From positions 1 through 53,150 of the forward strand of contig CALMWJ010000134.1 of the NCBI GenBank assembly GCA_937873525.1: DNA of 53,150 nucleotides, in the 5' to 3' direction. The position numbers and the translations under genes are program-made. The notes under the pieces are model-generated. The model was not told the origin of the DNA. It saw nothing but the letters and a program-made list of their open reading frames with translations, and made no database searches. Origin of the DNA: an uncultured Peptococcaceae bacterium. Lineage in GTDB: Bacteria > Bacillota > Peptococcia > DRI-13 > UBA5745. The first letter of the stretch is position 1. Each line of letters starts with the position of its first letter. Positions 31,506 through 40,791 of the stretch are shown in pieces.

Positions 31506-31950
31506 TCCAGGTGTATTATCACGGGTCGCCGGTCTCTTTTCACGCCGCGGCTTCAACATCGAGAGCCTGGTTGTCGGGGAGACGGAGGACAAAACCACGT
31601 CCCGGATGACCATCGTGGTGGAAGGCGACGAAAAAATCCTGGAGCAGGTCAGCAAGCAGCTGAACAAACAAATCGAGGTCATCAAGGTCACAGATATCCC
31701 CGATGACGAATCCGTCAATCGGCAGCTTGCCCTGATCCGGGTGGCGGCCGATCAGAGTACCCGGCAGGAGATCCTGCAAATCACCGAAATTTTCCGCTGC
31801 CGGATCGTGGATATAGGCCGGAAATCCCTGATCGTCGAAGCCACCGGGGACGAAACGAAGATCCAGGCGATCATCGAATCCCTGAAACCCTTCGGGATCC
31901 AGGAACTGGTCCGCACCGGCAAAGTGGCCATGCTCCGCGGGGTCAAATAG
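31471..31950 (+). CDS. ilvN: Acetolactate synthase small (regulatory, ACT) subunit
   Basis: [33 protein letters not shown]... Overlaps the ilvB end by 35 nt. GGGAGG RBS. Confidence 0.93.
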   Translation: [159 protein letters not shown]

Positions 31951-32052
31951 CAGGAGCTCCATAACCAACGGGATGCAGCGTTCAGGGCTTTCGCAGGCCC
32001 CGAACCTTCACGAATAAAACTTATGACGCGAACGATGAAAGGATGAATGATT

Positions 32053-33060
32053 ATGGCAAAAATGTTTTACGACCAGGATGCAGATTTAAGCTTAATGAAG
32101 GGGAAGACCGTCGCTGTGATCGGATATGGCAGCCAAGGCCATGCCCAGGCTCAAAATATGAAAGACAGCGGACTTGACGTCGTGATCGGATTGAGACCCG
32201 GCAGTGCCCGCTGGAAACAGGCCGAGGCTGATGGATTCAAAGTCTATTCCGTTGCGGAAGCCGCCAAAAAAGCTCAGGTCATCCAGATCCTTCTGCCGGA
32301 TGAAAAGCATGCCGAGGTCTATAACAACGAGATCGCTCCCGGATTGGAAGCCGGCGACGCCCTGGTCTTCTCCCATGGCTTCTCGGTCCACTATCGCCAG
32401 GTCGTGCCCCCGAAGGATGTGGATGTTTACATGGTCGCCCCCAAAGGCCCCGGACACATGGTTCGCCGGCTGTATCAGGAAGGCACCGGGATCCCGGCTT
32501 TGGTGGCAGTTTACCAGGATGCCAGCGGCAAAGCCCTGCAGCTGGGCCTGGCTCACGCCAAGGGCATCGGCAGCACCCGGGCGGGCGTTCTGATGACGAC
32601 CTTCCAGGAAGAAACGGAAACGGACCTTTTCGGCGAACAGGCGATCCTCTGCGGCGGCGTGACCGCCCTTTGCAAGGCTTGCTTCGAGACCTTGGTGGAA
32701 GCGGGCTATCAGCCTGAATCGGCCTATTTTGAATGCTTCCATGAATTGAAGCTGATTGTGGACCTGATGTATGAACACGGCATTTCCGGCATGCGTTATT
32801 CGATCAGCGACACGGCGGAATTCGGCGACATGATCACCGGACCCCGTCTCATCAACGATGCCGTGAAAAAGGAGATCAAAAACGTTCTGACCGATATCCA
32901 GACCGGCAAATTTGCCAAAGAATGGATTCTGGAAAACCAGGCCGGACGTCCCAGATATACCAGTCTGAAACGGCAGGGTGAAGAGCATCTCATCGAAAAA
33001 GTCGGCAAGGAACTGCGTGCCCAGATGCCCTGGATGAAAGCGAAAAAGGATCTGGCCTAA
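32053..33060 (+). CDS. ilvC: Ketol-acid reductoisomerase (class I)
   Basis: [22 protein letters not shown] 32053 is preferred over 32047 on RBS spacing. Confidence 0.95.
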   Translation: MAKMFYDQDADLSLMKGKTVAVIGYGSQGHAQAQNMKDSGLDVVIGLRPGSARWKQAEADGFKVYSVAEAAKKAQVIQILLPDEKHAEVYNNEIAPGLEAGDALVFSHGFSVHYRQVVPPKDVDVYMVAPKGPGHMVRRLYQEGTGIPALVAVYQDASGKALQLGLAHAKGIGSTRAGVLMTTFQEETETDLFGEQAILCGGVTALCKACFETLVEAGYQPESAYFECFHELKLIVDLMYEHGISGMRYSISDTAEFGDMITGPRLINDAVKKEIKNVLTDIQTGKFAKEWILENQAGRPRYTSLKRQGEEHLIEKVGKELRAQMPWMKAKKDLA

Positions 33061-33094
33061 TCCAAGAATAAATGAAAAAAGGAAGTGATGGACA

Positions 33095-34756
33095 GTGCTT
33101 AGCGGAGCAGAAATACTCGTGAAATGTCTGGAACAGGAGAACGTGGAGGTCGTCTTCTGCTATCCGGGAGGGGCTAATCTGGAATTGCTCGATGCGCTGG
33201 CCAAGTCCTCAATACGCATGGTGCTGGTTCGCCATGAGCAAGGCGCTGTTCATGAAGCCAACGGTTATGCCCGCGCCAGCGGACGGGTTGGCGTTTGTCT
33301 GGCCACTTCCGGTCCCGGAGCCACCAACATGGTGACCGGCATTGCCACCGCCAGCATGGATTCGATCCCGATCATTGCGATCACAGGCCAGGTCGCCACC
33401 GGCATGGTGGGGACCGATGCCTTTCAGGAAGTGGACATGACTGGCATCACCGATCCCATCACCAAACACAACTACCTCATTAAAGATGTGAAGCAGCTTG
33501 CCCGTTCGGTCAAGGAGGCCTTTCATATCGCCCAAAGCGGCCGTCCCGGTCCGGTGCTTCTGGATATCCCCAGAGACGTGGCCATGGCTTATTCCGATGC
33601 GGTTGAGGTTTCCAAGATCCATTTGAGGGGCTACAAGCCCAATCTGACCGGACATACGGGACAAATCAAGCAAGTGGCTCAGCTTCTGAGCGAGGCGCGG
33701 CGGCCCTTGATCATCGCCGGCGGCGGCATCTTGCTGGCCGGCTGCTGGGAGGAGCTGCAGGCGCTGGCAGAATCCCAGGAAATCCCTGTGGCCAACACCT
33801 TTATGGGACTGGGCAGTATTTCCATGGACCATCCTTTGGCTTTGGGCATGATGGGGTCCTATGGACTGGCAGCTCCCAACTATGCGGTTCAAAGCTGTGA
33901 TCTGATCCTGGCCCTGGGGACCCGTTTTGTGGAACGCATGACATGCAATGTGGAGCGCTTCGCACCCCGGGCGAAAATCGTCCATATTGATGTAGATCCG
34001 GCGGAAATCGGTAAAAATATCCGTGCAGATATCCCGCTGGTGGGCGATTTGAAAATCGTGCTGAATCAGTTGCTTCAGAAATTGCAGCCGCGGCAGCATC
34101 CGGAATGGCTGGAGGAAATTAAAAATCTGAAGGCCTCGCCGCCTCCCGGCCCCAAAATTTCCAGATGCCTTACCCAGATCGAAGTGCTGGAAGCCCTGGC
34201 TGAGGTGCTGCCGGCTGAAGCCATCGTCACCACGGACGTAGGTCAGCACCAGATGTGGGCCGGACAGCGGCTGAAGCATCGCCGGCCAAGGGGATTCATC
34301 TCTTCCGGCGGACTGGGCACCATGGGCTATGGCATTCCGGCGGCGGTTGGGGCTCAAATTGCTTGTCCGAAGGACCTGGTGGTGGTGATCACCGGCGATG
34401 GCAGTTTCCAGATGGGAATGCCGGAGCTGGGAACCGCCAAAGAGCAGAAGCTGCCAATCAAGGTGCTGCTGCTGAACAACAGCTACCTGGGCATGGTGAA
34501 ACAGCTTCAGGACTGCTACGTCGAAGGAGGCCGCCATACGGCAACGCCTTTCACGGACAACCCCGAATTCAAGCACATTGCCAAAGCCTACGATGCCCTT
34601 TATCTGAGAGCGGAAACCGCAGAGGAAGTGGAACCTGCCCTGGCCCGTTTTCTGAAGCATCCCGGCATGGCCATTATGGAATGCATGGTGGCTGCGGAAG
34701 AAAATGTGTACCCCATGGTTCGCGGCCCACGCGGTCTGGACGAAATGGAGTTCTGA
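33095..34756 (+). CDS. Second acetolactate synthase large-subunit paralog (no adjacent small subunit)
   Basis: 553-aa ThDP enzyme colinear with ilvB (CYPGG, GPGATN, GDGSFQM...NN). GTG start. Confidence 0.88.
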   Translation: MLSGAEILVKCLEQENVEVVFCYPGGANLELLDALAKSSIRMVLVRHEQGAVHEANGYARASGRVGVCLATSGPGATNMVTGIATASMDSIPIIAITGQVATGMVGTDAFQEVDMTGITDPITKHNYLIKDVKQLARSVKEAFHIAQSGRPGPVLLDIPRDVAMAYSDAVEVSKIHLRGYKPNLTGHTGQIKQVAQLLSEARRPLIIAGGGILLAGCWEELQALAESQEIPVANTFMGLGSISMDHPLALGMMGSYGLAAPNYAVQSCDLILALGTRFVERMTCNVERFAPRAKIVHIDVDPAEIGKNIRADIPLVGDLKIVLNQLLQKLQPRQHPEWLEEIKNLKASPPPGPKISRCLTQIEVLEALAEVLPAEAIVTTDVGQHQMWAGQRLKHRRPRGFISSGGLGTMGYGIPAAVGAQIACPKDLVVVITGDGSFQMGMPELGTAKEQKLPIKVLLLNNSYLGMVKQLQDCYVEGGRHTATPFTDNPEFKHIAKAYDALYLRAETAEEVEPALARFLKHPGMAIMECMVAAEENVYPMVRGPRGLDEMEF

Positions 34757-34796
34757 TCACCGTTCCGGTCAAGGCTCAAATCGAAAACATCAAATG

Positions 34797-34832
34797 AAAA
34801 GCACTCTGCGGTCCGTATTGCAGAGTGCTTTT
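34797..34832. terminator. Bidirectional intrinsic terminator (ilv operon / DUF881 operon)
   Basis: Perfect 13-bp stem AAAAGCACTCTGC / GCAGAGTGCTTTT. Confidence 0.75.
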
Positions 34833-34865
34833 ACGTCGTGGTTGATCATGGATCGCCGCCGGCGG

Positions 34866-35606
34866 TCAGGAACCTTGGGCTGCCGTCGTTCCGGTCTGGG
34901 CGGCGGTATTTTCTGCGGCAACATACTCTTTCAGGTAATCGAACCGTTGAGAAAGGTTTACGGCTGGCAATTCAAGGGCTTCCTTCTGACGCAGGGTCGG
35001 ATAGATTTTATTAAAGGCCATCATGTCGATAAAGCCGCCGGGCAGGGTAAGGCCTTTTTCCAGATTGTTGGAATCTCCGATGGCCAGGATCTTCAGAGGC
35101 CAGGTTATCGGCTGGTTGCTGACGGTGATTTCCAAACCGCCATCGGCCGGCCTATAATAAATATAGCTGCTGCTGATGATCCGGACGCCGCTGACCGAAA
35201 CGGCTTCCGCGCCGGAAGCCCAAAGCTCGTTGACCAGCGTGATCAAATCGCTGTACTGGACCATGGAAGTCGAAAGGAAGGTCACCTCCAGCCCACGTCC
35301 GCGGACCGCCCGGCTGCCGTTGACAATTTCCAGCTTGGACAGTTCCTGCTCGATGGACTTGGCCACCAGGGTCTGGTCTTCAAAGGCATTGCGCCGGTCG
35401 GCAAGCTGGTTGGACAGGTCTGCCATCTCCAAACTCAATTTCGAACGCTTGTCGGTGAGATTCCTGATCATGGCAATCAGGTTTTCCGGACGCTGCTGGT
35501 AGAGCTCCCGTTCCGCCGTATTGGTGGATTGGTATTGTACGGAAAGCAGCATTCCCATGATGATCATGGCACAGGAAAAGGCCAAGGTTTTCCGGTGTGT
35601 TTTCAT
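34866..35606 (-). CDS. DUF881 domain membrane protein (YlxW/YlxX-like)
   Basis: N-terminal TM helix, coiled coil, then a DUF881-like C-terminus (GRGLEVTF...ELWASGAEAVSVSG). ATG 35606 follows GGGAGG and makes an ATGA overlap with the sbp stop. Confidence 0.8.
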   Translation of the reverse strand: MKTHRKTLAFSCAMIIMGMLLSVQYQSTNTAERELYQQRPENLIAMIRNLTDKRSKLSLEMADLSNQLADRRNAFEDQTLVAKSIEQELSKLEIVNGSRAVRGRGLEVTFLSTSMVQYSDLITLVNELWASGAEAVSVSGVRIISSSYIYYRPADGGLEITVSNQPITWPLKILAIGDSNNLEKGLTLPGGFIDMMAFNKIYPTLRQKEALELPAVNLSQRFDYLKEYVAAENTAAQTGTTAAQGS

Positions 35607-36025
35607 AAGACTTCCTCCCTGGAGGGGGCGGAGCCTTTCACGGCAGGGGATCCATCCCAATCGGAGGCCCGCCGGATTTTGCGATTGCGAAAAAAGTTGA
35701 TGATAAAATGACGTATTTTGGATAGATTGTCAAAGAGACGGACGCCGAACACGAAGACAGCGGCATAATACAAATCGACGCCTAAACGGTCCCCCATATA
35801 AGCCAGCAGAGCGGCCAGCAGCGCATTGGCAAAAAAGCCGGATAGCATGATGGTGCTGTTGAAGGTTCTTTCCAAAAGGGAACGGACCCCGCCCATGACG
35901 GAGTCCAGCGCGGCCAAAATTGCGATCGACAAATACTTGACCATTTCAGCCGGAACCTGGATGCCGGCGTGCTGTCCGGCCAGAATACCCAGGAACAAAG
36001 CCAGGATCGGGACTAACCACCACAT
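35603..36025 (-). CDS. sbp: Small basic protein Sbp (DUF1290)
   Basis: 4-TM protein starting MWWLVPILALFLGIL... Sits between two DUF881 genes, as in the B. subtilis ylxX-sbp-ylxW arrangement. Confidence 0.75.
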   Translation of the reverse strand: MWWLVPILALFLGILAGQHAGIQVPAEMVKYLSIAILAALDSVMGGVRSLLERTFNSTIMLSGFFANALLAALLAYMGDRLGVDLYYAAVFVFGVRLFDNLSKIRHFIINFFRNRKIRRASDWDGSPAVKGSAPSREEVL

Positions 36026-36037
36026 ATTTTGACCTCC

Positions 36038-36754
36038 TCAGGAAAACGTAGTATATTTAAATTGCAGCTCGCCTTTGTAGGCTGGCAGGATCAAGGCCTG
36101 ATCTTCCGAGACAGATACCGGAAAGCCTTCGGTGATCAAGGGGTCCAGCCGGCCGTAGGTCACCATATCGGCCAGGATCGATGGGTCGCCGATGGCATGG
36201 ATCACAAAGGGCGGTGCGATACGGGTCGTATTGACAAGGATCACATTGCCGACGCAACGAAGCTCGCTGGTGGTGATCAGGCGCTGCTCGTTGATGGCGA
36301 TCGCTTCCGCCCCGCCGGTTTTCAGCTCGCTGACGATGGCCAGCAGATCCTCGTAATGGATGATGTAGGCGTTGGGGTCGCCGTTGGGATCCGCCTTCTG
36401 GCCGACTACATTGTCATCCAAAGTGATCACAATGCCGGGGCCCGTGACCGGCGTCAGGCCGGCGCGCAGCTTTGCCCCATGAAGCTCTTCCTGAAGCTTC
36501 CGGAGCCATTCGGTCTGGGCCTGGTTTTCCAGACCGGCCAGCTCATCACGGGAGGTCTGGACGATCCCTTCATAAGCGGCGATTTCCTGCTCAAGGTTAT
36601 TGATGGTGGATACCAAATTGTCCATCCTCTGGCTCAGGGCGTTGGTCTGAGACTGGCTGGAAGGCGCATAACGCAGGTAGAGCGCAAACAGTCCGCCGAT
36701 CATAAAGCAGATCAAGGTAAGCGTGAATACGGAACGCAGGGACTGCCTCAACAA
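36038..36754 (-). CDS. DUF881 domain membrane protein
   Basis: TM helix, coiled coil, then GPGIVITLDD...ELKTGGAEAIAINEQR, a paralog of 34866..35606. Confidence 0.8.
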   Translation of the reverse strand: MLRQSLRSVFTLTLICFMIGGLFALYLRYAPSSQSQTNALSQRMDNLVSTINNLEQEIAAYEGIVQTSRDELAGLENQAQTEWLRKLQEELHGAKLRAGLTPVTGPGIVITLDDNVVGQKADPNGDPNAYIIHYEDLLAIVSELKTGGAEAIAINEQRLITTSELRCVGNVILVNTTRIAPPFVIHAIGDPSILADMVTYGRLDPLITEGFPVSVSEDQALILPAYKGELQFKYTTFS

Positions 36755-36781
36755 ATATCCCTCCTATATCGTGGTCATTTC

Positions 36782-36809
36782 ATTATATCACAAGGCAATC
36801 GGACCACAA
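36782..36809 (-). promoter_or_regulatory. Promoter of the DUF881-sbp-DUF881 operon
   Basis: On the minus strand: TTGTGG, 16 nt, TATAAT with a TGA extended -10. Confidence 0.5.
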
Positions 36810-36863
36810 TATCATTGTTAAAATTAAGGTGATTATTTCACAGACTCAAAAGGAATCGGACCA
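36797..36863. repeat. Two direct copies of AATCGGACCA, 57 bp apart
   Basis: Copies at 36797..36806 and 36854..36863 in the divergent DUF881/cdaA intergenic region. The first overlaps the minus-strand -35 and spacer. Confidence 0.6.
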
Positions 36864-36935
36864 AACGTTGTCGAAATTTATTCTGTTTAGTCATTTTGCG
36901 GATTCCGGATCAATGAAGGATAGAGGAGTGTGCAC

Positions 36936-37745
36936 ATGCTGGAGAGCCTCAAGGCACTGTTGACACCGGTCAACATAATCGATTTTCTCATTGTTACCTA
37001 CTTCATCTACAAAGCGATGATGATGATCCGGGAAACCCGGGCGGTCCAGCTGCTGAAAGGTTTGCTGGTGTTGTTGGTGATCGCTTTCGTCAGCAACTGG
37101 TTTCAGCTGCAGACGGTCAGTTTCATTTTATCACAAATCCAGACGGCATTGATCGTGGCCTTGCCGGTGGTCTTTCAGCCCGAGCTTCGGCGCGGCTTGG
37201 AGCAATTAGGCCAAGGAGGACTGTTCTCCCGTCATGGCATCAACAAAGAGGATTTCGAAAAGATGGTGGAGGAGATCATCCGTGCCGTTAAAATCATGTC
37301 CAACGACCAAATCGGCGTGTTGCTGGTGCTGGAGCGGGAAACCGGTCTGAACGATTATATCAGCACAGGCGTCCGTATCGATGCGGAGATCACCTCCGAG
37401 CTTCTGGAAAATATCTTTTTCCCGAAGGCTGCCCTTCATGACGGGGCTACCATCATCCGGGGCAACCGGATCATTGCAGCTGGCTGCTTTCTTCCGCTAT
37501 CCGAAAACCCGAACATCAGCAAAAACCTGGGAACACGCCACCGTGCAGGACTGGGCTTGTCGGAGCAATCGGATGCCTTCATCATTATTGTTTCCGAAGA
37601 AACCGGCGTGATCAGCGTGGTAGAGGAAGGCAGGATGACCCGCTACCTCAACGACGTCACGCTGCGGGAGATTCTGATGAATCGTTTCCAAAATAAAGAG
37701 GAGAGGAATTTCTCGCTTCTGAATTTCTGGAGGAGCAAACGATGA
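36936..37745 (+). CDS. cdaA: Diadenylate cyclase CdaA (c-di-AMP synthase)
   Basis: Three N-terminal TM helices, then a DAC domain with HDGATII and TRHRAGLG motifs. ATG 36936 sits 7 nt after GAGGAG. Confidence 0.92.
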   Translation: MLESLKALLTPVNIIDFLIVTYFIYKAMMMIRETRAVQLLKGLLVLLVIAFVSNWFQLQTVSFILSQIQTALIVALPVVFQPELRRGLEQLGQGGLFSRHGINKEDFEKMVEEIIRAVKIMSNDQIGVLLVLERETGLNDYISTGVRIDAEITSELLENIFFPKAALHDGATIIRGNRIIAAGCFLPLSENPNISKNLGTRHRAGLGLSEQSDAFIIIVSEETGVISVVEEGRMTRYLNDVTLREILMNRFQNKEERNFSLLNFWRSKR

Positions 37746-38950
37746 AAGATTTCCTGAGAAGCAACCTTTTCTACCGTCTGTCATCGGTGGTTCTTGCGAT
37801 ATTTTTTATGTTCTACGTCCATAATCTGGAGAATCCAAACTCCGAAAGGACCTTCTATTCAGTCAATGTGGCCTTCAACAACCAGCCTTCGGCGCTGATT
37901 CTGAGCAGCGAGCCGAAAACGGTGGATATCCGGGTCAAGGGGACTCGGAGCCTGGTCAACAACACCAGCTCCAGGGATATCAAGGTATGGGTGGATCTGG
38001 CAGAGGCCAAAGCAGGGAAAAGTGTTTATAAAGTCCAGTATTCTCTGCCGGAAGGTGTGGAGATCGCCTGGGTCAAGCCCAGCACCATGGAACTGTATCT
38101 GGATGAGATCGGTTCCAAAACCGTTGCGCTGAAGTATACCACAGCCAATGCGGTGGAAAGCGGTTTCGGCAATTTCGAGCCGGTGGTGGAACCCGCTTTG
38201 ATCCAGATTTCAGGGCCGAAACTTCTCCTTGAAAAAATCAGCCACGCCGTGGTAAACATCGATTTGTCCGGATTAAAAACCAATTTTGAAGGAGAGCTGC
38301 CGATCCAGCTGGCGGACCAGGAGGGCAATCCGGTCCAGGACGCCATGTTATCCCTCTCCCAGGACAAAGCCAAAGTGCTGGTGGCTGTCACAGAAAACAT
38401 GTCTTCAAAAAGTGTGCCGGTCCGGCCTGCGCTTTCCGGGGAAATCCAGGAAAACTGGATGGTCAGCGGCGTGGAGGTGGTTCCTACCACCGTTCGGATC
38501 ACGGGCTCCTTTGATTTGATCAAGGATATCGAGTATCTGACCACCGCGCCCCTGGACCTGACCCAGCTGACGGCAAGCTTTAACGGGAAGCTGGCCTTGG
38601 TGGTCCCCGAAGGTGTGGGGGTCCTGGACGGCACTGAAGTGCAGATCAACGTAACGGTGACCGAAAACCTGGCGACCCACACGATCAACGATGTTCCGGT
38701 GGAAGTCCGCAACGCGCCGGCAGACCGGAGCTACGGCACCCTTCCTGTCAAGGTGGACGTGGCGCTTCAGGCTTACCCCTGGGTTTTTGCCAATGCTTCC
38801 GCGCCGGGAGGCTATGACATCGCCGTCAAAGCCTATGTGGATCTGGAGGGTCAGGCTGCCGGCGCCAAGGACTATACGGTCAAGGTAGAATGCCCTTCGG
38901 ATTACACGGTTGTAAGCATCAGCCCTGAAGCCGTAAGGGTCCACCAATAG
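37742..38950 (+). CDS. cdaR: CdaA regulatory protein CdaR (YbbR-domain repeats)
   Basis: 402 aa with an N-terminal TM helix and repeated YbbR-like beta modules. ATGA overlap with cdaA. Confidence 0.85.
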   Translation: MKDFLRSNLFYRLSSVVLAIFFMFYVHNLENPNSERTFYSVNVAFNNQPSALILSSEPKTVDIRVKGTRSLVNNTSSRDIKVWVDLAEAKAGKSVYKVQYSLPEGVEIAWVKPSTMELYLDEIGSKTVALKYTTANAVESGFGNFEPVVEPALIQISGPKLLLEKISHAVVNIDLSGLKTNFEGELPIQLADQEGNPVQDAMLSLSQDKAKVLVAVTENMSSKSVPVRPALSGEIQENWMVSGVEVVPTTVRITGSFDLIKDIEYLTTAPLDLTQLTASFNGKLALVVPEGVGVLDGTEVQINVTVTENLATHTINDVPVEVRNAPADRSYGTLPVKVDVALQAYPWVFANASAPGGYDIAVKAYVDLEGQAAGAKDYTVKVECPSDYTVVSISPEAVRVHQ

Positions 38951-39020
38951 GTCGTATGAAGTGATTTATCCGGTATCATTCCGAGACCGTTTTTTTTCGC
39001 AGACAAAAGGAGGTATCATA

Positions 39021-40358
39021 TTGACCCGATATTTTGGAACCGATGGCATCCGGGGGATCGCCAATCAGGAATTGACGCCGGAGCTTGTCTTTCGGCTGGG
39101 CTTGGCCACAGGGACGCTGCTGAAATCACAGGGGAAGATCCGGCACATGATTATTGGAATGGATTCCCGCCGTTCCGGGCCAATGCTGGGGGCGGCCCTG
39201 GCCGCCGGCCTATGCTCGGCTGGAATCCATGTTTATGAGGCCGGCGTGATGCCTACACCGGCCATCTCTTTTTTGGCCCGCACCATGGAGGCTTGCGGCG
39301 GCGCGGTGATCTCCGCTTCCCACAATCCCGCCCCGGACAATGGCATCAAGTTCTTCAGCCATGATGGCTGCAAGCTGGATGACGCCATGGAGGCAGCCAT
39401 CGAGGACCTGATGGACCGGCCTTTGGATACCTATCAACGCCCGGTGGGCACTGAGGTGGGCTGGATACGCCGGCTGCCGGATGGAGCGGATCTCTATGTC
39501 CATCATCTCAAAGGAAAAGCGCCCTGCCCGCTGAATGGACTGGTGGTTGTTGCAGATTGCGCCAATGGTGCCGCCAGCGATCTGGGGCCCCGCATCCTGA
39601 GGGAAATGGGTGCCCAGGTCATCAGTCTCCACGATCTGCCGGATGGCTGCAATATCAACGACCAGTGCGGCTCGACTCATCTGGAAAGTTTGCAGCAGGC
39701 CGTTCTGCAATTTCAAGCCGATCTGGGCCTGGCCTTTGACGGCGACGCAGACCGCCTGCTGGCGGTGGATGCGGCTGGCCAGGTGGTGGATGGGGACCAG
39801 ATCCTGGTGATCCTCGGACTGCATATGCAGGAAACCGGCAGTCTGGATGACCAGGTGGTGGTGACCGTCATGAGCAACCTGGGCCTCAAAAAAGCTTTTC
39901 AGGCAGCGGGCATTACGGTTCATGAAACGGGTGTGGGCGACCGCTTTGTCTTTGAAAAAATGGTGGAAACCAATAGCTGGCTGGGCGGTGAGCAGTCCGG
40001 CCATATCATCCTGACCCGCTGCGGCACCACCGGCGATGGGATCCTGACGGCGCTGCATCTGCTTTCGGTGGTCAAAACCACAGGCAGAAGTCTTCAGGAG
40101 CTGGCGTCCCAAATGGTCCGTTATCCCCAGGTCCTGGTGAATGTACAGGTCCGGTCCAAAGAGGGCTGGCAGGAAAATTCCCGCATCCGGGAAGGCTGCC
40201 TGGAAATTGAAGAAGCCTTGGCGGGCCAGGGACGTCTGCTGCTGAGACCCTCCGGCACGGAACCCTTGCTGCGGGTTATGGTGGAAGGCCCGGAGCTTCC
40301 GGAGCTTGAGACGCTGGCTCACCGTCTGGCGGATGTGATCCGTCAGGAACTGGGATAG
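39021..40358 (+). CDS. glmM: Phosphoglucosamine mutase
   Basis: YFGTDGIRG and SASHNPAPDNGIKF motifs. TTG 39021 after an AAGGAGG RBS is preferred over the ORF-track start at 38961. Confidence 0.93.
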   Translation: MTRYFGTDGIRGIANQELTPELVFRLGLATGTLLKSQGKIRHMIIGMDSRRSGPMLGAALAAGLCSAGIHVYEAGVMPTPAISFLARTMEACGGAVISASHNPAPDNGIKFFSHDGCKLDDAMEAAIEDLMDRPLDTYQRPVGTEVGWIRRLPDGADLYVHHLKGKAPCPLNGLVVVADCANGAASDLGPRILREMGAQVISLHDLPDGCNINDQCGSTHLESLQQAVLQFQADLGLAFDGDADRLLAVDAAGQVVDGDQILVILGLHMQETGSLDDQVVVTVMSNLGLKKAFQAAGITVHETGVGDRFVFEKMVETNSWLGGEQSGHIILTRCGTTGDGILTALHLLSVVKTTGRSLQELASQMVRYPQVLVNVQVRSKEGWQENSRIREGCLEIEEALAGQGRLLLRPSGTEPLLRVMVEGPELPELETLAHRLADVIRQELG

Positions 40359-40368
40359 GGGTGATCGG

Positions 40369-40758
40369 ATGGCATTGGGCACCGATATCATCGAGGTGGA
40401 CAGAATCCGCCGGGCGGCTGAAAAACACCCGCGGTTCTGGCAGCGGATCCTGACCGAAAAGGAAGAGCGGTACTGCCGCGCCGCCAGCGATGGCATCCAT
40501 TGCCTGGCCGGGCGTTTCGCCGCCAAAGAGGCGGTCATGAAAGCCCTGGGCACCGGCATGAACCAACTGAATTTCAATGAAATCGAGATACTGAATGATG
40601 CCACGGGCCGCCCGGTGGTCTGCCCGGGACCTGCCCTGGAACGGGTCATGGCTCTTCAAAGGATCCGCCGGATCGAGGTCAGCATATCCCACTGCAAAGC
40701 GTATGCAACGGCGGTTGCCTGGGCCCGGACGGCCGAAGCGGCGGCTGATCAAGGATAA
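40369..40758 (+). CDS. acpS: Holo-[acyl-carrier-protein] synthase
   Basis: GTDIIEVDRIRRA...FAAKEAVMKALG motifs. Confidence 0.9.
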   Translation: MALGTDIIEVDRIRRAAEKHPRFWQRILTEKEERYCRAASDGIHCLAGRFAAKEAVMKALGTGMNQLNFNEIEILNDATGRPVVCPGPALERVMALQRIRRIEVSISHCKAYATAVAWARTAEAAADQG

Positions 40759-40791
40759 AAAAATCAAACAGGCATAAGGAGGAAGCCCATC

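Noticed and set aside
34704-36832. Plus-strand ORFs 34704..35711 (335 aa) and 36029..36832 (267 aa).
   Set aside because: They are antisense to the DUF881/sbp genes, whose products have recognisable TM, coiled-coil and DUF881 architecture, RBSs and ATGA coupling. The plus-strand products are low-complexity and cross a terminator.
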